A DNA stretch of 64,000 nucleotides, taken from NCBI GenBank assembly GCA_003971905.1, contig RSEE01000169.1, positions 1 to 64,000 on the forward strand, in the 5' to 3' direction. The notes below the pieces were generated by a model. It had not been told where the DNA came from and ran no database searches. It saw only the letters and a list, made by a program, of their open reading frames with translations. Both the position numbers and the translations under genes were made by a program. Below, piece after piece: positions 26,474 through 38,844 of this stretch. Position 1 is the first letter of the stretch; each line of letters begins with the position of its first letter. Source of the stretch: Moniliella sp. 'wahieum'. Taxonomy: Eukaryota.

Positions 26474-27705
26474 GGGGGAGTGGTGCTGGTGGTGGGAGGG
26501 GAAGGAGGACACGGGCGGCAGCGCTGGTTTTGATGCGCCAAGGGTGGGGTGGGGTCAATTTATCACGAGGGCGGTGGTGCGGCGCGGCGGACGAAGGCGG
26601 GGATGGGCTGGAGAAGCACGCCATGGGATGGGATTTTCAGTCGATGGGACCTGTCGAGACACACAGAAAGGCCGCAGCAAGCAGAGCAGCAGACCCCAGA
26701 TCGGCGCTGGGCAGCCCGCCGGGCGGAAGACGGAGGGGGGTTCGTCTGTCCATCAATCGACCGACCAGGCCTCCGCCCCCGCTCCGCATCCAGTTGGCTT
26801 GGGTTTGACGCAGCAACGCGTAACGCGTAACGCCTCAAAGGGCCGCGGCCGATATCCGTAGATGGTGCCACGTGCAGGGTGCCTATCTGTGTGCCTGACT
26901 ATCTCTGACTCGTTTGCCCGACGGGAGCCGCAAGGAGCCGCGACAGAGCAGTTGGACAGAAGCTTGAAGCTGCTCTGTAGGTCGCGGCGCCACTGGTCGA
27001 CTACTCACGAGTCACTCACGAGTCACTCACTACCCTAGCCACTTCGTTTCCTGCCACATGTTGCCACATGTCATCGATCATCGACATCGATTGTGCAATG
27101 GCGAATGAAACCGAGCACGCCACAGATAGCCGGCTCACTCGTCCTCAACGTCTCCACTAGGCCAGTCCATGGCGAAGCGATTGGAATCGAGGCGCCTCCC
27201 GGAGACGCCTGGGGCCTGGGGGCAGTGTCCCCACCCTCAGGGACCCCCCAAGAGCCGATACGAATATCGGAATGCGAACGACAGCGTAACCCTAGCTCTC
27301 TCTGCCCCCAGTCCGATGGCTTGCTCACGCGATGAGCCCAACTTAACCCTATCGCACATCCCCCGCAACTCCGCCGACAGCCGACAGCCAGAGCAAAAAC
27401 AGGGCGGGGTAAATGTTACATCCAGCACGCAGCTTCCAGGTCTGCTGTTCGCCTGCTGCTCCTCTCGGATCCATCCTCCCTCCCTCCCTACTCAGATCTC
27501 AGAACCAAACGAGGAGTGTCGTGTACAATGCAAATACAAAAGTCCATCCTTGGATAGAAAGGAAGATCAGACATCTCTCACATCTAGACCTCAGATCTCA
27601 CCCCGGACCGTCGTTCCCCTTGCAGACAGCCATCAAACGTCATTAGCCCCATCGCCATCGCATCGCCACCACCATCGCCATCACCATAGCCACCGCTCTC
27701 ATCCA

Positions 27706-30700
27706 TCAACGCGGCGTGCGCGCGCGCGTGTGCGACTGAGCATAGGCATAGGCATGGGAATGGGCATGGGAATGAGAGTGCAACGCCTGCAACCGCACCA
27801 TAGTACGGAACAGTCCGTCGCGTTCGGCCAACTGACGTGGCGTGCCTCGCTCCACCACCCATCATGAAGCACAATCACCTCGTCCGCCTGCGCCGCCACC
27901 GCCGCCACGCTCGGGCCGCACGCGACCCACTCGCAGACGCATTCACATGCGCCACGGCAATCGTCGTGCGCGCCCGCTGCGATGGTGCGGTCCGGTCCGG
28001 CTCAGACGCAGACTCAGACGCAGACTCGGACGCAGATTCGGACGCGGACTCGGACGCGGACTCGGACTCGGTTTGGGGTTGTGTGGTTTGGGGTTGTGTG
28101 GTTTGGGGTTGTGTTGGTTGGGTCTGGGTCTGGGTCTGGGGCTGGGGAACACAGCGGGCGCGAGCGCGACTTGGTCCAGAATGGCCTGGAGCGCCGCTTG
28201 GTGTTCCGGTTCCAGTCCGAGCGTAGGTTCGTCCAGGAGCAACAGGGGGGACGGCGCACGAGCGCGCGGGCCAGGGCGATTTGTTGTCGTTGGTGAGGCG
28301 GGAGGACGAGGACGCGGCCCGGTTGCTCTTCCCTGCTGGTACGGGGCGAGCCGAGGGGTGTAGCCTGCCCCGGTCCTAGTTGGGTCGCGGTCGAGGGAGC
28401 GCTGGTAACGCGACTGATCGAGTCGGGTGTCTCGCTGGCTTCGTTGGGGTTGGGCGAGATCCACGTCTCAAACCGTTCGGGGAGGGATTCGATCCAATCG
28501 AGGCAGCCGGCTTCGGCTGCCGCCTGACGTACCTGGGCCAACGGTACATTCAAATCCACTGCATCCACCATGGATTCAGGCGTCCACGTCAAGGCGGCCG
28601 CACCGAGTCGTATGTTCCACCCGATCGTACCTTCAAACAACGTGCCGCCCACCGTAGGCATGCCCCACCCTCGTGCCCACCTCGAGTCTGGCGCGAGGAT
28701 GGACATGCACTTCCTCATCTCGCCCGGGGGGACATTGGATATGTCGACCGAGTCCAGTTGGATCTGGCCGGCTGGGCTTGGGCTTGGGGTTGGGCCTGAG
28801 GCCGCAGGACCAGACTGGCCATCCGCTAGGTAAAAGCGCTCGAGCAGACTCATGAGCGCATGTGCGCCATTGGCCACGGCTTGGTGTTGCAGCTCGTGCA
28901 TGCTTACTTGGGCATTGTGCGACGCACTCCCGCCTGCACTCGCACTGATCACAGCCACATACGACCCGGGCAGCACGTCGAGCGTGAGATGTTGCAGCAG
29001 CGCCGGCGCTTGCGGTACGGGGATGATGGAAACTGATATCTTGCAACGTCACCCTCACCCCACGCGGTCCTTCGGGTTCCGTCCCGCCTGGCTCGCGTTC
29101 GCCCAGTTTGGTTTCCTCTTCGGCCGCTTCGGCGGCCGGCAAAAGACGAGCCACTTGAGGATCCGGATTGCGGCCAGTGGCGTTGAGTTCGATCTCGTTG
29201 CGTCGGTCGAGGAGACGGAAGATCTGGTTGCCAGCTCGACGCGCAACTTCAATGTCCGGCGCAAAGTTGAACACGTTGCCAGCTTGGATCGAACCAAAGA
29301 TGACGGCGGTCAAGACGGTGAAGAATTTTTCAATGGTAATGTGGCCATGCTCCAGCATCCGACTGCCATACCAAAAGCCAAGTGAAAGAACGAGAAACGC
29401 CAGACTTTGACTCAGTGCGTACACCCCATTGCCCCACCCCACAATATGGTACACCACCGCGGCAGGACTCATGCCACCGAGACGCGTGCCATGTTGGCTG
29501 GTGGATAAGGCCTGCTTGTACGCCTGCAGCAGTGTGCTGCAACTGCAAACTGTGCACTAGCCGTACCACGTCCCCATCGGGCCCGGCGACCGTGAAGAGC
29601 AAGCCCGACTGAATTGCCGAGCGCAAGTGCGCCCGCTTGATCGCCCCGTCCTTCAATACCACCAACAATCGACACGCTCCAGCGGACAACAAGAGTGGCG
29701 TACACGCAATACACACGCCAGCCATACGGGGACTGTAGATCAACGCAATAATGTACCCTGCCACCAACGTTGCGACACTCTGCACGATCGTGCCTAACGT
29801 AGCGCCCACCAAGCCGGTTAACTTGTTGGCTGCATCGGTTAACCCGGAAGCGTGGGTCAGCGCATACTCTGCTTCTCCGCCACCAGCATGGTCCCCTTCG
29901 CCTCCGCCCACCGTCGCGCCCGTCATGGCTCCCGCCAACGACATGGCATTGGGTCCGGCGGCCGTACGCGAGTGAATAAACGTCGGTGCGCGCGTGGCTG
30001 CCTTGACATCCCGCCCACTCGCATCGGGGAACGAGGAGGGTGTATCGGAGGGATTGTCAAAGTAGGAAATGTCGGCTCCGAGCAACTTGGACAGACACTG
30101 CGCTCGTACACGTTCAATCGTAATGGCGGCATTGAGCATCAGGTTGTGGGTTTGACCAAGATGGCCACACCAGCCAAAATGGCCACAATGAAAAAGTACA
30201 GAGCGTTGAGCTGGGCTTGGTGCTTCATCCGGTGGCGGTACGGCTCGGCACAGGCATGCGGTAACCGCGCCGTCTCGCGCGAGGAAAATACAAAGGTAGA
30301 CCCGGCCTCAGCCATGATCATAGGTGTGCACGTGGAAAAGTTGTGCAGCGAGCGACCAAATAAGATCGAATAGGCCGGGTAGGCACAGCCGGAACATGCG
30401 GCCGCCACTAGGCCGGGGGAAGAACAGCGGGATCAGCTTGTCCTTGTTGACCATAGCGAGGCGGTAAAGGAGGTACAAGGCACTCCATGCTTGGGACGGT
30501 GTAGGAAGGGAAACCTCCGTAGTCGGATCCAGAGCCGGGTGCGAAGCGGCGGACCTCGCACCTTGAATGGCACAACAGGCCGCGCGGTCTGGGTGTCAGC
30601 CAGTCGGTTGGCACGGTGAGACATCGTGGGCCTAGGGGACCTGGGTGACCGGGGTGACCGGGGGGCGGGGGGACCGGGGGGCAAGCGCGTGCGTCTTGTC

Positions 30701-33088
30701 CAGCGCAGCAGACGTCGCGTCGATCGTCTTGAGTTCGGGCGTGCCCGGGCGGGTCGAGTGCGAGTCGCGCAAGGACAGGTGATCCGAGCTCCCGAACCGA
30801 CGCATGCTGGTACCGTTGGCCGCCACGCGCGTACCTGATCCCGGATCCGTTGGGCCTCAATCAGTCGTGTGTACTCGCCGCCCAAGGCCATCAGCTCATC
30901 ATGCGTTCCGGTCTCAACCACCGATCCTCGGGCCATGACGATGATGTTATCAGCTCTTTCCAGGGTGCCACCGCCGCCCGCCTCGGCTAGACGCAGACGA
31001 TGCACAATTGAGATGGCTGTGCGGTTTTGCGAGATGGAATCGAGGGTATGTTGGACCAATTTGAGTTGTTCCTGTCCTTGGCCGTCTGGCTCTTCCCCTG
31101 CAGGCGCATCCATCGGGTAGTTGCTTCGTCGAGAATGATGACCGCAGGATCATGTACGATCGCACGGGCGATCGCGACCAGCTGCCGTTCACTGGAAGTA
31201 AGGTGTACTGAGCCCGGAACAGGAGGCGGAAGGAGACCAGGTGTCCCAGGTGGTGCAGCGACCACAGTGTCGTACCCGTGCGGCAGAGCCATGACAAACG
31301 CATGGGCATTGGCCAAGCGAGCTGCCTGCTCTACTTTCCTCCTCACCTCCCCGGGCTTTTGGTGTTCGATGCGACTGGTATCCAGGCCATAGGCAATGTT
31401 CGTCGCGATCGAAACACCAGGGAAGAGGATGGCGTGGGCTGCACCACCCCAATCCGCTGTCGCAGCCAACGCACATTCACATCTCGCAAATCCATACTGT
31501 CGAACCGGACACAACCCACGTCCGGATCGTAGAACCGGCTAATGAGTTGGGCGAGAGTGGACTTACCACTGCCGTCGGGACCGACGAGCACAGTCCGTGT
31601 CCCAGCGGGGAAATCCACACTGACATTCTTGAGCGCTGGACGGTCGAGGACAGCAGGGTAGGTAAAGTCGACTTGGTCAATTTCAATGTGCCCAATGCAA
31701 TCGGCTGGATCGACCGTTCGGCCTCTAGGATTGGTCGCGTCAATCTTTGGTCGCACTCTCTTGGTCACCGCCAGGATCTTGCCTGCAGCAGTGAGAGCAA
31801 AGGTGATGGCTTGCAAATTCGGCGCCAACATGGCCAACCCGAAGGCTCCCATCATCACACTGAAAATGCAGGTCATCACTGCACCCGACTCAATCTTGCC
31901 ATTGGCAATCAGGCGGTTGCCGCCGTACCAAAAGGCCAGCGCATACGCTGAATAGATGATGAGAAAGAACAGTCCCAACCCACCACCTTGGAGCAACGAT
32001 TTTTTCTGGGCGGCGTACGCGGGCCCGTGTAGACGGCGTACAAACGGGCCAGCACGGGGCCTACCCCGTACGCACGGCCAGTCAAGACGGCCGAGGGGTA
32101 GCGCAGCGCATCCTCCGCCACCGTTGCAGCGAGCGCCACATGGTCTAGCTCCAACGCTTCGTACTTGCTCATGAAAATGTTCATCACTACCGCACTGACG
32201 AGGATGCAGGGTATAATCGAAGTCAAGGCGCCTGCGAGCTGCGCGACAAAGTGTCAGTTGTTGGCATCGCAAGGCTGGTCGAAATTGGGGGGGGGGGGGA
32301 GGGGAAGGCGAACGTCAAAGGGGAAGGGGAGGCGGAGAAGAGACGTACGCGTGGACTCTCAACGTAGGCAACCACAAATCCGGCAATAAAGGTCGAAATG
32401 AACATGACGGTGGTGGGAATCTTATCGCTGATGCCTAGGAGGAGAGAGATGGGTTAACAGGTCAGTCAGAGTGTTCAACACGCGCCCTCAAAACACGCCA
32501 TTACCATACCCTCTTGGATCGTTGCCGCGTCTTCAATGAGGCGGGCGGCAATTTCGTTGGCGGTATCGGCTTGGGCCGGGGCGAGGAGATCAAAGTACGC
32601 AATGTCTTGGCGCATGGTGGCGTCGACATAGGCCAAGCGGATGCGGCGTGTCACGCGTTCGGCCGTGTACACCCACGTCGACATGTAGATCCACGTGACG
32701 CCAAACATGGTAGCGGCAATGTAGACGAGGTAGAGACAATTATTGTGCACGGCGCCGCGCAGCGCATGGCGCGCAGCGGCATGATACGCTGCGCGCTCGG
32801 TGGGGGTCGGAAGGGAGTTGGGAGGCTGGCATGCGCGTAGGCGAGCATGGCGGTGGTCAGCTCGCCAAAGACGAGGGCCATCAGGGGCTGGACGACGCCA
32901 GCTGCAACAGCGGCAACGAGGCCAAGGACGTTGAGGAGGCGCTCAAAGGGCGTGGCGTAGGCGAACACGTCCCTGAGCCGTGCTTTGTGGGGGGGCGGGG
33001 CCTGGGTGGGGCCGGGGGGAGGCCCAGAGCGGGCGGACTCGCCATCGCTGCCGGGCCGGGTGTGGGGGCCATCCAGGTCGCCGACCAT
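27706..33088 (-). CDS. Full-length ABCB (MDR/P-glycoprotein, Pmd1/Ste6-like) transporter with degenerate nucleotide-binding motifs; 2 introns near 32250-32505, many indels
   Basis: TMD1 (VFAYATPFE..AAGVVQPLMALVFG, AERVTRRIRLAY..RQDIAYFD, YALAFWYG); NBD1 (GPDGSGKST..RFYDP, DEAT); TMD2 (PAYSILFG, LGTIVQSVATLVAG, FWYG, FGSIQAGNVFNFAPDI); NBD2 (LLERFY, LFEGTIGWNI, IALARAL, LLLDEPT). Confidence 0.93.
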
Positions 33089-34142
33089 GGCGACTGGGGC
33101 GGGAGAGGGGCCGGAGAGACGGGAGGGGGCGGAGGGGGCAGCGAGGCAGATGGTGGGTGGGGGCGAGCGATGGTGGTGGTGGTGGTGGTGGTGGGGGGAT
33201 GGGCGCGGTGGAAGCGATGGAGAGGAGCTGGACGAGGAGAGGAGATGCGATGGGCGGCGGGCGAAAGAGGGTGGATGGATGCGGCTGATCGAGCGCCGGG
33301 CAGGACAGAGGATGGTGTAACTTTGGCGCGGGCCGGGGCAGGGCACGGCGCCAGTGTGTGCAGCGGCTGCCAGGGTGCTTTGTGCCTGGCCGCCCAGCGC
33401 ATCCGACACTGCCGCTGTGCCAGCAATCCAACCCTACATGGCAGGCGCTGACGCGTGACGGGTGAGGACGAGCAAGCAGGGGCCAGCGACGCGTGACGCG
33501 TGACTTCACGCGTGCCTGGTCGTCGCACCGAGGCACTCCCAGGCACTCCCTGCCCCTCCCCGGCGCTCCCGGGGACACCCCGCGGCTGCTGTGCGACACT
33601 GCCCCTGCGCCGCCCGCTGCGGCGTGCGGTTCCCCGCGCAACAGCCGTCGGCGCATCAGCGGGGGGCACTCTCGCCTGTCACACTCACATCACGCGCCCT
33701 ATGTCACATGTCACGCGTCACGCCTGCATTGGCCCGAACTGTGTCGGATTGTTGAAAGTTGCAGGGCTGGGGGTTAGTTCAGGCGACGTTCAGTTCAGCT
33801 TCAGCGTTCAATTGTTCACGTTCAGCGCGCTCAGCCGAGGCCTGCAACGGTTAATGAGGCTCAGTCTCAGCCCTGACGCTGGTTGGTCGGGCATCTAGTA
33901 GACCCACAGACAACCAACAAAAAGCAACATGGAAGCGAAGGAGGGTGGGGATGATATGTGTCCGTTGTGGCCAGCAGGGCAAGACAAACGAAGGATAAGC
34001 TAGAGTGCGGGGGAGGCATGGTCGATGGACAGTGAGGTATAGGCTAGGGGAAGGAAGAAATCGAAAGAAAACGAAAGAAAAACGAGAGGGAGGAGAGATC
34101 CTAGACGAGAAAAGAAGAGGGAAAAGAGATTCGGCCCTTTCT

Positions 34143-37127
34143 TCAAAACGACAACCAACGTCGTGGATCAGGCGCATCATCGTACGGCACGCGGCCGTCC
34201 TGGGCCACCTGCGCATCCACTTCCGCCGCGGCCTTGTCGGCCGCAGCAAACTCGCGCCAAGCTGGCCACCGGGCCGGCGGAGGTGCCGAAATCGCCTCCA
34301 TGAATCGCAGGAACCGGTCACCGTATCGGCCAGGTCGCACGGGGGAAATCCACTTGTGGCCAAGGTAGGTCGCCTTGAGCAGGTGCTCGGCCCGTTTGAG
34401 CGGCGTATACAGCGTAAACAGATCAATCACACCCAAGTAGTAGATCCAGTCGCCGGGATCATTCGAATCGGAATGGGAATGGGAATGGGAATGGGGATGG
34501 GAATGGGGATGGGAATCGGGATGGGAATGGAGTTGACAGGACGGGTACTACGCAAGCCACCTTCGTCTTGGTAAAACAGACAAAAATCGCGTTCCTTATC
34601 ATCTGTTTCGAGCAGGTCTTGGTCCACACTTCGTGGGTCCGAGCGTTGCACGGCTTGCCGCACCCGGTTCACCTCGCCCCGTTCTCCTCCCACCGACGAG
34701 GGCTGGAACACACTGAGCTTTTCTGCTCGTAGGTTCTCCGAATTGCCCCGGCGCACATCGTGCAGGCCAACCAGCAGACTGTAATCCATGATCCGCAGAC
34801 GCTCGAGCAGCGCCACGTCCACAGCTACCTGCTGATGGAACAACGTGTTCATTTCCGGTCCTAGTTCGAGGTGGCGGGCACGACGACGTAACCAGTTAAT
34901 GTCCTTCATGGTTGCCCCAGGTTTGTGGGCCAATTTGTCCTCGGGGTACTCGCGTCCTACCAGCGACCCTTTGAGGTCGTACGTCTCGTGAATGTCTCGG
35001 TGCGGGGGGAAGAGGTTGTTCATCACGACGAAATGGATCTTTCGACCGCCAGGTAACTTGACCCGATGCAGGCCAAAGAACCGACTGAGTAAAGTGTGCG
35101 GATGGGCACGTACATGCTCGTGGTACGCCGGCAGCATCGACAATAATACTTTCTTCTCCGACGGACGGATGGTCTTGATGATAAATCGATAGTCCCGACT
35201 AAAGTAAAAGAACGACCCGCTCTTGCCCGGAGACCCCAACTCACTGAGAATGTACTCGGAGGTGAGGGAGAAGAGATAATCGGCCGCGGTGAGGTGAAAT
35301 AGAGTGCGCAAGTCACGAAATACTTCACTACAATAACTCTTGAACTTAAAGTCGTACCGCGACTTGGGACCCAATTCGTTCCCGACACTGGAAACAGAAG
35401 AAAATAAACAGTAAACCAAGACAAGACGCGTCAATATCAATATCACTCTTCCATCCCCTCCCACTCTCCCTCTCCCCTTTGGAATCATTACCATTCCTCA
35501 ACCCAGAAGAACACGTACATATCAAATGTAAACTTGTGCGAAGCGCCATAATCGCTCTCCCTCAGCGGCCGACGCGGCTTGGCCTCACACCGCGACACGG
35601 CAATCCGAATGCCAGTAAGCATATTGTACATCAACACGTAATTGCCGTGCGTCTCGTCAATGATGCGGCCAAGAGCATGACGCGGTACCGAGGGTTTGCC
35701 CCCCTTAGGTGCAGGTGCTGGGCCTTGACTCGGCCTCGGATTGCGACTTGGTGCGTGCACTTGTACTTGAACTTGTACATGCGCGTGTGCCTGTGCCTGC
35801 GCTTGCGTCTGAGCAGGAACGTTGGCGAGACCAAGCTCATGCTGCTCATGCCCGGCCCGCACACCATGGGTCGGAGCAAGACCGGCACTGGGACCGGTCC
35901 GACCTTGTCGACCCTCATGCGCCAACGTCTTTTTCCGCCGCAACCGCTCCGCCGTCTTGTTGGCTTGCTGATCAAACGCGACATCGCCCGTGCAGATCGT
36001 CGGGGCAGTTGGTTTGGCGCCTGGTCGTGCGGGGTCAAAAGAGGTACTAGGTCCGACCAGACCCAGAGGACGAGATAACATCTCCCCCGCCCGTCCGATC
36101 GAGGGATCGATCGAAACGTAAATGTTTCCCTCGGCCGCCAGCCTCGTCCGATCCGGGCCCATGCGCGTGTCCAGCGGGGAGGACTGGGGCGGGCGCAGGG
36201 CTGGGCATAGGCTTGGGAAGCAGGTGCGCTTGACTCGGTCCACGCCCCATGGATACGGGCAAGGGAGGCGCGTCGGAAAAGAACGGAGGTTGGGACGAGG
36301 GAACAGTACCGATCGTAGATGCTGTGATGGCCGGCGATGGGGCCGAGTAGGTCGATAGCGCTTCGGTCGTAGACAATCGGTCTCCCAACCCCAATCCCGA
36401 CGGCGCCGAGCCGCCAGCAGAGGTGGAGGAGAGAGAACTAAACCTGGTCCGGCCGCTTTGGTTCGAGTTGCTCCGCATTCGCGAGGACCAGGGCGACAAG
36501 GGCACGCCGTGCTGCGCAACAGGATGCACGAGCGGCAGCGCGGCATGCGAAGGTGCAGATGCGGTCTCGGAGGGGACAACAGTGTCAGGGCCCAATGTAA
36601 TGGGGCCGCTGGGCTCTTGGGCAGACTCGGTCGGGCCAGGGGGGAGGGCGGAAGACGCATCCTGCGTCCCGCTGGCATGGTGTCTCGGGAGGAAACGCGG
36701 TGGCTGTTCCATGTGATAGGCAGAGCAAAGCCAGGGTCCGACGGGTTGGGGGGAAGGTCAGGCGCGGCAGAGGGCAGGGTGGGCACAGCATAAGGATCCG
36801 AGGGACTGATGTACACATCAAACACTTCGCCCGTCTCGGCCTCCATCACCCGAACCGTCTGAGAGGGAGCGGTAAGCGCACTGCGAATGCTCGAGATGGC
36901 ATTACACTTGTCCTCCTCTTCCTCGCTGCGGAGACCCAGGTTGAGCCGATGGCGGTGGGGTGTGGCCGGCCGCTCCACCGAGCGGTCGGGGGAGTCCGAG
37001 TCGTGGCGCGTACGGAAAAAGGGCGAGCGGGTCGGAGCGGGTGCGGGCTGGCGGAACGCCCACTGCTGCTCCCCACGGGGAACTTGGAGGGCAGCAGCCG
37101 GGGTGAAGGCGTTGCGCTGGACGACAT
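34143..37127 (-). CDS. MSS4: Phosphatidylinositol-4-phosphate 5-kinase; intron at about 35390-35518
   Basis: IIDETHGNYVLMYNMLTGIRIAVSRC, KFTFD, YDFKFKSY, SELGSPGKSGSFFYFSRDYRFIIKTI, HFVVMNNLFPPHRDIHETYDLKGS, IMDYSLLVG, GVIDLFT and ISPVRPGRYGDRF, after a long low-complexity N-terminus. Confidence 0.96.
34468..34529. repeat. (GGGAAT/GGGGAT)n hexamer tract inside the MSS4 kinase domain (encodes IPIPIP)
   Basis: ggaatgggaatgggaatgggaatggggatgggaatggggatgggaatcgggatgggaatg lies between GGLRST and the YYLGVID motif. Confidence 0.9.
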
Positions 37128-37505
37128 GGGTGGTGGCGGAGTGCTGGGTGCTGCCCGGAGCAGCTGCGGGCTGAGTGACGAGAGTACTGAGTGGGAGTGG
37201 CGAGTGGGCAGGGCAGTGTGATCAGCAGAAGGCAGCGCTCTGCCAGGTGACGAGGGTGGCGAGGCGAGGGATCAATGATCGATGGAGAGGGAGGATGCGC
37301 TTCGAGTCCGATGGGTGATCGGTGATCTGCCATCGCCTGTGGCGTTACATTTGCAGCGCCTCGTTCCTGGCCGCCAACAGGCAGCAACAGACTGTCCCCC
37401 TGCCATCCACCCACATCCATCCACCCATCCACCCACCCATCACATCCATCCATCCATCCATCCATCCATCCACTCCCACCGCCATCAAATACCATCCTGT
37501 CCTTT

Positions 37506-38010
37506 CTACTCGGTCCAGACGCACACCCCGCGTTTCTCCAGCCACGCACGCAGCGCCAGCCGGTCCCGGCCAGTCAGTGCCACCGTCCACCGCGGCTGGC
37601 CAGGTGCTCCACCACGCCGCCAGTTCCGCCAGACCGACCGGTTCCAAGCGCAGGATGCGTTCCCACAGTGCGCTTGGCGGAACGCTTCGGCCACCTCGGC
37701 ACCAGGAAGCGTGGTGGTTTCCTTACGTGCAGACAGGGTGAGGATCAAGTCCGTGCTGTCGCTGCCCATGCGCGCTTCGGCCTCGGCTCCTTCGTCGTCC
37801 GACCAAGCGGGCGTGGTGGCCTGGTCCGCATGGGCGAAGCGAGCGCGGGATCGCTCGGATCGCCCCCCCCATCGTGCCTGGGACGGGCGTGGGGACGCTC
37901 GGGGGAGGCTCCTTCTCGACGCGGGGCGACGCGGACGATGAGGAGGACGAAAGTGAGGACGCGGAGGAGGAGGAGATGAGGTCGATCGTCTCGGGCCCCG
38001 GGGCTGGCAT
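37506..38010 (-). CDS. SLX4: Small Slx4-like protein (structure-specific endonuclease subunit, C-terminal Slx1-binding domain only)
   Basis: Stitched: MPAPGPETIDLISSSS..EVAEAFRQ-ALWERILRLEPVGLAELAA..DRLALRAWLEKRGVCVWTE*. The W/Y-x-x-IL-x-LEP and WL-D/E-x-x-G-V/I pattern matches the Slx4 conserved C-terminal domain as I recall it. Confidence 0.65.
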
Positions 38011-38844
38011 GCGTGCACCACGGCGGTTGCTAGTGACGGTCGCCAGGATAGGAGCAGCAACGTGAGGGTAACATGTACACCCGCGTTCCTGTTCGCAATT
38101 CTGACGGACGCGCGAAGCCCTGGTGTCACGTGACGCGTGATGCATGATGATCGGTGAGGCGACGGGGGCTGCGTTGCTGGCTGATTCCGCCGATGATGAT
38201 GCATGGTGCATGATAGGAGATGGATGATGCATGATGGATGTGATTTGAGATTTGAGATTTTGAGATCTGCTGGGACGGATGGGAGTGCGTGGGGGGACGT
38301 GGGGAATGGGTTGTGAATGAGATGCTTATAAGATCTGAGAGTTGTGGTGGCTTGAGCGTATTAGTGTAGGGTTGCAGCGCAGGGAAACGACAGAGAGGGA
38401 TGCGAGGTCGGCTGTATCTCGCTCGCCCTCGCCAAGAAAACTCGGGCGAGCGGAGTGGGATGGACAGGATGGCACGCTTTTGTTGGCTGCGCAAAGGAGA
38501 CGAAAGAAGAGGGTAGGGTAGGGATGGTGCGGGCGGGCGCTGGCGCGACCAATCGACGTACTCTATAACTACCCTCGAGCTACGGCAGTTGAAACGCCAC
38601 ATGACCCACCACGCTTGCTGGGAAGTACATACTACAGTTATCGATTCGACCACAGGGGCACTCGGCCTGGCGCCGCGTCTTCGCCACTTCCAACTCTATC
38701 TGCTCTGCTGCCCATCAGGGAAGAGACAGCAGCACACACCCCGTCTTCTCTCCGTTTCAGCCACCACCACCAGCCCATCTCTCGCTCTTCCTCTCCTCGC
38801 CTCTCCTGCACGCCGTGCTTGGCCTGATCTGATCCCGCTCCCTC

